Source: Candidatus Heimdallarchaeum aukensis (GTDB lineage: Archaea > Asgardarchaeota > Heimdallarchaeia > Heimdallarchaeales > Heimdallarchaeaceae). From it: a stretch of 64,000 nt of DNA. The stretch's first letter is position 1, and each line of letters begins with the position of its first letter. The DNA lies in the NCBI GenBank assembly GCA_021513695.1, contig CP084166.1:2656001-2720000 (forward strand), read 5' to 3'. Below, piece by piece: positions 57,762-64,000 of this stretch. The notes below the pieces were generated by a model. That model made no database searches and was not told the origin of the DNA. It saw only the letters and a program-made list of their open reading frames with translations. The translations under genes were made by a program, and so were the position numbers.

Positions 57762-58262
57762 TTAATACTCTGGTGTTGCGTCTTCCCAAAGAAAATCCCA
57801 CATTTCTGAAGTGTAAAGAGTTTCTTTTTCTACAATTACTCTCATAAGTCTTTTTAGAAGAGCATGATGTCGAATTTCATCCTGATAGATAGCCCGAATT
57901 ACAAATCGCTCTTTTTCACTTTCTAGTTTTTCAAGGAGTTCCTTGTAAGTTTTAATAGCAGATGATTCAAGTTCAATATGTTGCTGAATTGCATCACTAA
58001 TAATATCAGATTGTTTTTCACCTATAAAAGGAGTGGTTTCACCAATTAATGCAATTAAGGCATTTAGCATACTTTTATGTTTTTGAGAATCTATAGCAAT
58101 AGCTAAGACAAGCTCTTTAATTAAACTATTTTTTATTTTTTCCACAGATTCTTTTGCCTTTTCAATTATTTTTTCTTCAAGTTTTACTTGTTTTTTATAA
58201 AAATCCAGTTTTTCTTCTTGATTCATTGTTACCAATTGTACATAAAAGTTGTTTTTATACAA
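57762..58262 (-). CDS. helical protein, possibly ferritin-like/rubrerythrin-like
   Basis: Its composition suggests a four-helix protein, and it has DSQKH and QDEIRHH (ExxH-like) motifs. The assignment is weak. Confidence 0.35.
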   Translation of the reverse strand: MYKNNFYVQLVTMNQEEKLDFYKKQVKLEEKIIEKAKESVEKIKNSLIKELVLAIAIDSQKHKSMLNALIALIGETTPFIGEKQSDIISDAIQQHIELESSAIKTYKELLEKLESEKERFVIRAIYQDEIRHHALLKRLMRVIVEKETLYTSEMWDFLWEDATPEY

Positions 58263-58369
58263 GAACTTTTTTATCGGAGAATCTCAATTTGTATATTGAT
58301 AGTAAAATAACACTTCAAGCGAATAGTTTTTAAATTAACATCAAACTCGAGAAATAAGTGAGATAGATA

Positions 58370-58648
58370 ATGTCCTCAGAAAGAAGAGTTGTTAGAAAGA
58401 AGAAGAAATTTGGTCTAGTTCTTGAATTTGTACCTGTTGTTAGAGATCTATTTCCTGATGATGAAGTTAAAGAAAAGATACAAGGAGAAATAAAAAGAGC
58501 AAATGGACTTACTCCTCAATTTCTTGCAGATAAATATAATGTACGAATTAGTACCATCAAGAAAATGCTCAGAGAAGCAGAAGCGAATGGTATTATAGAA
58601 TGTGTTGCAAGTAATAAACGTACAAGAGTTTATAAAGCAAAACAATAA
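58370..58648 (+). CDS. rps25e: ribosomal protein S25e
   Basis: It is 92 aa with a basic N-terminus (RRVVRKKKKF). The following winged-helix region LTPQFLADKYNVRISTIKKMLREAEANGIIECVASNKRTRVYK is typical of eS25. Confidence 0.65.
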   Translation: MSSERRVVRKKKKFGLVLEFVPVVRDLFPDDEVKEKIQGEIKRANGLTPQFLADKYNVRISTIKKMLREAEANGIIECVASNKRTRVYKAKQ

Positions 58649-58715
58649 GAAGATTAGTTTGTTTTTACAACTACTAATTTATTATTTTAACTATTTTTAG
58701 AACCTTAAATAATTT

Positions 58716-59690
58716 TTAGTAAAATTCAAGACTAGCTGGTGAAGTATCAGAAATTCCCTGTTCAGTAACATAAAATAGAATCTCTCTATCAGGAAAACGA
58801 GAACTGTCAAATAATCTAGCAATTCTTGCACTTCCTCTACTTTTTCGAAGGAAAATCCTTTGTTGAGGACGATGAGCCCAAGCAAAGCCTAGGGCTGGTT
58901 CTTCTCCACTTCCATAGAGAAATTGATCTATAGCAGCAATTATTTGGTTAGTAACAACTATAGCAACATCATAATCTACAGCTATTTCTACAAGTTTTTC
59001 AGCCAAACTCATAATCTTTTGTTGTCTCTCAACTAGTCTATCTTTTCCAATAAATTCTGCTCGAAAGTGTGCAGCAAGAGAATCAATAATTACAAGTTTA
59101 ATATTCTCTTCAGGAATAATTTTTTCTAATTGATTTATGTATGCAAGCATTATATCTGTGTTGGAAGTAGGGGCGACTAGTATATTGTCTAAAACCTTTT
59201 TCGTATTCTTTACCTTGTAAGAAGCAATTTCCTCTATTCTTTGGGGAGAAAAAGTTCTTTCTGTATCAATGAAAAAAGCTTTTCCTTCAAGTCCGCCAAG
59301 ATCTTTAGGCAGTTGTACATTAATGCATAGTTGAAAACAAAGTTGAGTTTTCCCGCTGCTGAAAGAACCAACTAATTCTGTTATTTCTCCTGTCCAAATA
59401 CCACCATTAAGCATACTATCAAATTCTTCTGAACTTGTAGTTATTCGTCCTCTATTACGTTCAATTTCCAAAAACTCTGTAGCAGTATAAGGGTGAATAC
59501 CTAACTGATCTTGCGCTTTTTGAATAATTAAAGCAGATAGTTCTTCTTCTATTTCTAAGTCTTCAGCAAGTTCTTTTTCACTCATAAGAGATAATTGACC
59601 TAAAGAATAATTTTTCTGTTCCAATTTTTTTATTATCTCTTTTTCAATTCCTTCAAGTTGTGTCATAGTTGTCTGTTCAACGTTGAACAT
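58716..59690 (-). CDS. radA: DNA repair and recombination protein RadA
   Basis: It has an N-terminal HhH domain (LEGIEKEIIKKLEQKNYSLGQLSLMSEKELAEDLEIEEELSALIIQKAQ), Walker A GSFSSGKTQ and Walker B KLVIIDSL. It is 324 aa. Confidence 0.9.
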   Translation of the reverse strand: MFNVEQTTMTQLEGIEKEIIKKLEQKNYSLGQLSLMSEKELAEDLEIEEELSALIIQKAQDQLGIHPYTATEFLEIERNRGRITTSSEEFDSMLNGGIWTGEITELVGSFSSGKTQLCFQLCINVQLPKDLGGLEGKAFFIDTERTFSPQRIEEIASYKVKNTKKVLDNILVAPTSNTDIMLAYINQLEKIIPEENIKLVIIDSLAAHFRAEFIGKDRLVERQQKIMSLAEKLVEIAVDYDVAIVVTNQIIAAIDQFLYGSGEEPALGFAWAHRPQQRIFLRKSRGSARIARLFDSSRFPDREILFYVTEQGISDTSPASLEFY

Positions 59691-59852
59691 TTAGATATAT
59701 AAAACTATTACCAGAGAAAAGAGAAATCATCAATAAATGAAAATCAATGATTTTAAAAGCTATATTGGATTATTCTAGATTTCAAGTTTTACAACACTTT
59801 TTTTAAAAAATAAATACTTATATATAAAGAATGTAATACACATACGATAAAA

Positions 59853-60074
59853 ATGAGTTACGATATAAAAAATGAATACGTAACGCCGAAAAAAATCGAA
59901 AAAGAACTAAAAGCAATATTATACGATATGGAAAGTAAAAATACAGCTATAATTGAAGATGCATGTTATAAATGGGTTAAACTGGAGGAAAGATTTGCTA
60001 AGTATATTCCTGAAGAAAAAAGAAAAGAATTAGCGAAAAGAATAAGTAAACTTAAGCATTATAATGATAGTTAG
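59853..60074 (+). CDS. small hypothetical protein
   Basis: This is a 73-aa ORF in an otherwise empty 660-bp gap. I recognised no motif. Confidence 0.3.
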   Translation: MSYDIKNEYVTPKKIEKELKAILYDMESKNTAIIEDACYKWVKLEERFAKYIPEEKRKELAKRISKLKHYNDS

Positions 60075-60351
60075 AAATGGCTAAAAATTGATTGCAAAAA
60101 TTAATTTAAATTCAACTTCGATTTTGTATTTGTGTTCTTTTTAGAGACTTAAAATCATTATTTTATTAAAAGTTGACTGACCGTTAATTTTATATATCAG
60201 TCTAAGTCGAATTTTTACGGAAATTGTTTCTCATGCTAAAAAAGACAAACAAAAAAGCTAGTTAAAAATCACTTGGTAAAAAAAATTAACAAAATTGATT
60301 GAATACAAAAAACCAAGATGAATGAGAAATAAAATAAAAAAGGTGAATGAA

Positions 60352-61968
60352 ATGTACGGACAACCAATATATATTTTGAAAGAAGGAACAGAAAGAACAA
60401 CAGGAAAAGACGCACAAAGAAATAATATTTCAGCTGCTAAGGCAGTAGCAGAAGCAGTAAGAACAGCTCTTGGTCCAAAAGGAATGGACAAAATGCTTGT
60501 AGATGGATTTAGTGATGCAACAGTAACAAACGATGGAGTAACTATTCTTAAAGAAATTGAAGTTCAGCATCCTGCTGCAAAATTTGTTATCGACCTAGCT
60601 AAGACCCAAGACCAAGAGACTGGAGACGGAACTACTACTGTTGTTGTTATTGCTGGAGAACTTCTTAAACAAGCTGAAGAGCTTTTAGATATTAATATTC
60701 ATCCAAGTTTAATTATTGAAGGTTACAAACTTGCTATGGAAGAAGTAAAGAATATTCTTGAAAAAATTGCTATACCTGTTCCATTTGATGATGCTGAAAT
60801 GATGAAGAATATTTCAATGACTTCCATGAGCAGCAAAATTATCGCTAGCGAGAAAGAATTTATGTCAGATATCGTTGTTGAAGCCGTTAGATCCGTTACA
60901 GAGGATCGTGATGGCAAAAAATTTGCTGATATTGACAACATTCTAATTCAAAAGAAACGTGGTGGAAGCATTAGAGATACAGAATTAATCAAAGGTTTAT
61001 TGATTGATAAAGAGTTTGTTCATCCAGATATGCCTAAAAAAGTAACAGATGCTAAGATTCTTCTTTTAGACAAAGGACTAGAACTTTCCAAGACTGAAAT
61101 TGATGCTAAATTACAAATTAGCACTCCAGATCAAGTACAGGCATTTCTAGATAATGAACACCAAATGCTTAAAGACATGGCAGAAAAGATTATTGCTTCT
61201 GGAGCAAATGTAGTGCTTTGTCAAAAAGGAATCGATGATATTGTTCAACACTATCTAGCAAAATCTGGTATTGCAGCTGTAAGACGAATTAAGAAATCTG
61301 ATATGAAGAAACTAGCTCGTGCTACTGGAGCTAAGATCACAACCAGTCTTGAAGATTTATCCAATTATCTTGGAACAGCTGGTTTAGTTGAAGAGGTCGC
61401 CATTGGAGACGACCACATGATAAAAATCACAGACTGCAAAGATCCAAAAGCTGTTTCCATTCTCATTCGTGGTGGAACTGAAATGGTTGTTAATGAAGCT
61501 GAACGTGCTATTCATGATGCTCTATGCGTAGTCCGACAGATCATTCACGATGAAAAAGCAGTTGCTGGTGGTGGAGCTCCTGAAATTGAGATAGCTTATC
61601 GTTTAGCTGAATTCGCAAAAGGTCAACCAAGTAAAATACAAAAGGCCGTTGAACAATTCGCTAAAGCCATGGAAATTATCCCCAGAACCCTTGCTGAAAA
61701 TGCAGGATTAGACCCCATTGATATTCTCAGCGATTTATACAGTAAACATGCCAAAAATGGTACAACTTTTGGTGTAGATCCTTTCAGTGGCTCTGTTGCT
61801 GATATGAAAAAACTCAATGTTATTGAACCTATTTCAGTTAAGAAACAAGCTATTAGCAGTGCCTCTGAAGCTGCAATGATGATACTCAGAATTGATGATG
61901 TCATCGCTGCAAAAGAACTTGGAGAAGGTCCTAATCCACCAGGTCCAGGTGGAGAAGACTTCGATTAG
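60352..61968 (+). CDS. ths: thermosome subunit (group II chaperonin)
   Basis: The motifs are [10 protein letters not shown], the nucleotide-binding GDGTTT, and VAGGGAPE. The ATG at 60352, with GGTGA 5 nt upstream, is preferred over the track's 60322. Confidence 0.92.
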   Translation: MYGQPIYILKEGTERTTGKDAQRNNISAAKAVAEAVRTALGPKGMDKMLVDGFSDATVTNDGVTILKEIEVQHPAAKFVIDLAKTQDQETGDGTTTVVVIAGELLKQAEELLDINIHPSLIIEGYKLAMEEVKNILEKIAIPVPFDDAEMMKNISMTSMSSKIIASEKEFMSDIVVEAVRSVTEDRDGKKFADIDNILIQKKRGGSIRDTELIKGLLIDKEFVHPDMPKKVTDAKILLLDKGLELSKTEIDAKLQISTPDQVQAFLDNEHQMLKDMAEKIIASGANVVLCQKGIDDIVQHYLAKSGIAAVRRIKKSDMKKLARATGAKITTSLEDLSNYLGTAGLVEEVAIGDDHMIKITDCKDPKAVSILIRGGTEMVVNEAERAIHDALCVVRQIIHDEKAVAGGGAPEIEIAYRLAEFAKGQPSKIQKAVEQFAKAMEIIPRTLAENAGLDPIDILSDLYSKHAKNGTTFGVDPFSGSVADMKKLNVIEPISVKKQAISSASEAAMMILRIDDVIAAKELGEGPNPPGPGGEDFD

Positions 61969-61980
61969 TTTTTTCTTTTT
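61969..61980 (+). terminator. oligo-T tract immediately after the thermosome stop
   Basis: The sequence ttttttcttttt starts at the first base after the TAG. Confidence 0.45.
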
Positions 61981-62056
61981 CCTTATCTTTTCTTTTGTAT
62001 AATTTTCTTTATTTTGTTATAGAAAACTTCTTTAGTTTTCTCCTCAATTCCACTAT

Positions 62057-62863
62057 ATGAAAGCAAAACGTGCTATTATAGGTGGTTCAGGAGTTTATGA
62101 AATATTTGAAGAATCTGAACCTATTAATGTAAATGCTTTTGGTCGTGATGTCACGCTCTATAAACTCGAAAGAGAAGGAAGAGAAGTTTTCTTTTTACCT
62201 CGACATGGTAAAGATCATAGTGTTCCACCGCATAAAATTGACTATTTAGGAAATATTTATGCGCTTTATTCTCTTGGTGTTAGTGAGATTATTGCAACAA
62301 ATGCCGTTGGATCAATTGTTCCTGAAGTTAAACCAGGAGAATTTGTTCTTCCAGACCAGTTTATTGATAACACCCGTAATCGTACTCTCACATTCTTTAG
62401 TGGAGAGAAAATTAACGGTTGGGAACCAAAGATTAAGTTAGGCGATGGAACTGTTAGAGAAGGTGTTGTCCATTTAGATTATACAGAACCCTATTGTCCT
62501 CGCCTTAGAAATCTATTAGGAACTATAACGGAAAATCTTGGAGAAAAAGTTCATCATTCTGGTGTTTATGTATGCTCAGAAGGTCCTCGCTTTGAGACCC
62601 CAGCAGAAGTTGAAATGTATCGTCATTTTGGTGGGACAATTGCAGGAATGACTACTATTCCTGAAGCTGTTCTTGCTAGAGAAGCAAACATGTGTTATGC
62701 TACAATATGTTTAGTTACCAATTTTGGTGCTGGTATGCAAAAAAAGGTGACACATGAAGAAGTTATTGAACTGTTCAATGAAAAAACACAAATTGTAAGG
62801 AAAATTATTGAAACAGCTGTTTTCTCTGATGTTGAAAATACAACTTGTAATTGCAGGGTATAA
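62057..62863 (+). CDS. mtnP: S-methyl-5'-thioadenosine phosphorylase (MTAP / PNP family 2)
   Basis: IIGGSGVY, FLPRHGKDHSVPPHKIDYLGNIYAL, IATNAVGS, EGPRFETPAE and GMTTIPEAVLARE are colinear with MTAP. Confidence 0.85.
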   Translation: MKAKRAIIGGSGVYEIFEESEPINVNAFGRDVTLYKLEREGREVFFLPRHGKDHSVPPHKIDYLGNIYALYSLGVSEIIATNAVGSIVPEVKPGEFVLPDQFIDNTRNRTLTFFSGEKINGWEPKIKLGDGTVREGVVHLDYTEPYCPRLRNLLGTITENLGEKVHHSGVYVCSEGPRFETPAEVEMYRHFGGTIAGMTTIPEAVLAREANMCYATICLVTNFGAGMQKKVTHEEVIELFNEKTQIVRKIIETAVFSDVENTTCNCRV

Positions 62864-62887
62864 TTTCCTTTATTTTTTAGTTTTTTT

Positions 62888-63664
62888 CTAAAAGAACCTG
62901 CTAAATTTCTCAAGCTTTTCAGAAAAATATCCTCTTTTAGATTGCTCAATTGCTTCTTTATAATATCTTAAAGCTGCATTCTTATTTCCTGCTAAAAGAT
63001 GAGATTGAATGAGATCAATTCTTAAAGTAAATAAGATCCTTTCTGATTTTCCACTCTTGTAATAATTATACGCTTGTTCAAGATATTTTAGAGAATCAGC
63101 ATATTTTTCTAATGATATCAAAAATTCTCCCAATTCTAAGGATGTTACTGCCATTTTTTCTTTAACATTAACTGATTGAAAGAGTTTAAGGGCATTAGTA
63201 AAATTAGATATTATTTCTTCTTTTTTCTCAACAAACTTTCTAGGATTTTTTATTCTTGCAATTGCCAAAGCTCTTAGAGCATCTGCTTGTTTTTCTAAAT
63301 TGTTAACAAATTCAAATGAATTTATTGCTCTAGTTAAATATTCTTTAGCTTTTGAAATGTTGTTTTTGTTGTCTCTATAGATCAAACCTAGAAGATATTC
63401 ACAAGTCCCTTTTTTTGAAGTATTTTTCCCCTCAAATTTGAAAATGGCTTCTTCATAAGCTTTAATCCCTTTATCTAATTGTCCTAATTTAATATATGAG
63501 TTTGCTATATAAATTAAACATTCTCCTTCCAATTCCTTATCGTTTAAAGCAGCAAATAATTGTTCTGCGTATGTTAAGCTTCTGATACAAGCAATATATT
63601 TTCTTTCTTTATATTCTTGCTTGCCTAGTTCAAGATACTTCTTTGCTTCGTCTTTTTCTTTCAT
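62888..63664 (-). CDS. TPR-repeat protein
   Basis: It shows repeated TPR-like helices: LIYIANSYIKLGQLDKGIKAYEEAI, LGLIYRDNKNNISKAKEYLTRAI and LGEFLISLEKYADSLKYLEQAY. Confidence 0.6.
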   Translation of the reverse strand: MKEKDEAKKYLELGKQEYKERKYIACIRSLTYAEQLFAALNDKELEGECLIYIANSYIKLGQLDKGIKAYEEAIFKFEGKNTSKKGTCEYLLGLIYRDNKNNISKAKEYLTRAINSFEFVNNLEKQADALRALAIARIKNPRKFVEKKEEIISNFTNALKLFQSVNVKEKMAVTSLELGEFLISLEKYADSLKYLEQAYNYYKSGKSERILFTLRIDLIQSHLLAGNKNAALRYYKEAIEQSKRGYFSEKLEKFSRFF

Positions 63665-63813
63665 AGTTTGTATTCACCGAGCTGACATATGACATGATCA
63701 ATTTTGTCGGTCAGATAATAAATTTATCCAAACAAATTTTTATTGTGTAAAATTAAAATCTATCATTTAAATAAAAGGGAAAAATTAGTTTAGGTGATTG
63801 TTCTGAAAAAATC

Positions 63814-64000
63814 CTACTTCTTTGAGAAAAATAGCTTTTCTTGTTCATAATTGGTAGAAACTTTATTCCAATCGATATCCTGTGAAATAATTCTTTTTCC
63901 TGCATCTTCCAAGGTAGTCACATCTCTTGAGTTGATAATACTTAGTAATTCTCTGGCTTTTCTAATTATAGTCCTTCGTTTGTAGATTTGTTTTTGTTTT
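63814..64000 (-). CDS. 3' end of an unidentified gene (5' part outside the window)
   Basis: The minus-strand frame is open from the window edge and reads KQKQIYKRRTIIRKARELLSIINSRDVTTLEDAGKRIISQDIDWNKVSTNYEQEKLFFSKK*. The stop is at 63814-63816. I cannot assign a function. Confidence 0.3.
   Translation of the reverse strand, partial: KQKQIYKRRTIIRKARELLSIINSRDVTTLEDAGKRIISQDIDWNKVSTNYEQEKLFFSKK

Noticed and set aside
60258-60491. A 77-aa minus-strand ORF lies across the thermosome start.
   Set aside because: It is antisense to the highly conserved thermosome N-terminus, so it is a shadow ORF.

Overview
This is a low-GC (~30%) archaeal chromosomal segment. Topo VI, RadA, a thermosome, ribosomal protein S25e and Mvh/Hdr-type redox genes support the archaeal call. 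An Asgard/Lokiarchaeia-like origin is only a guess from gene content and composition. I found no rRNA, tRNA, CRISPR array, IS element or prophage by eye. Gene order runs as follows. (1) 1-6.9 kb holds one co-directional, start/stop-overlapping cluster: mvhD (partial), mvhG, mvhA, maturation protease, HdrC-like, HdrB-like, FrdB/SdhB-like and FrdA/SdhA-like. (2) An MBL hydrolase and gdhA follow. (3) 9.4-23.4 kb is a two-gene Topo VI operon whose B subunit is a single uninterrupted 12,555-nt ORF of 4,184 aa. It reads as a canonical Top6B core (~545 aa), then ~3,500 aa of dozens of degenerate helix-hairpin-helix units resembling the RNA polymerase alpha-CTD and RadA N-domain, then a Lys/Thr-rich basic tail encoded by a 45-bp tandem repeat. 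A 9-nt spacer with a GGTGG Shine-Dalgarno site couples it to a top6A that carries a ~100-aa N-terminal extension. This is the most unusual object in the window and recalls the (HhH)2 array of Methanopyrus Topo V. (4) Next is an LVIVD-repeat surface protein. (5) 26.7-32.1 kb holds two FtsZ/tubulin-superfamily-like paralogues, one with an intact GGGTGS signature and one degenerate. The intact copy lies 10 nt downstream of a polytopic membrane protein gene, and pyruvate kinase sits between the two paralogues. (6) The rest is a YdiJ-like FAD/Fe-S oxidoreductase, an AOR cluster (AOR, MoaD-like, MOSC, radical SAM/SPASM), assorted metabolic and regulatory genes, a secreted caspase-like plus subtilisin pair of higher GC, glyA, S25e, radA, thermosome, MTAP and TPR proteins. 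All function calls rest on motifs read by eye. No database search was run.
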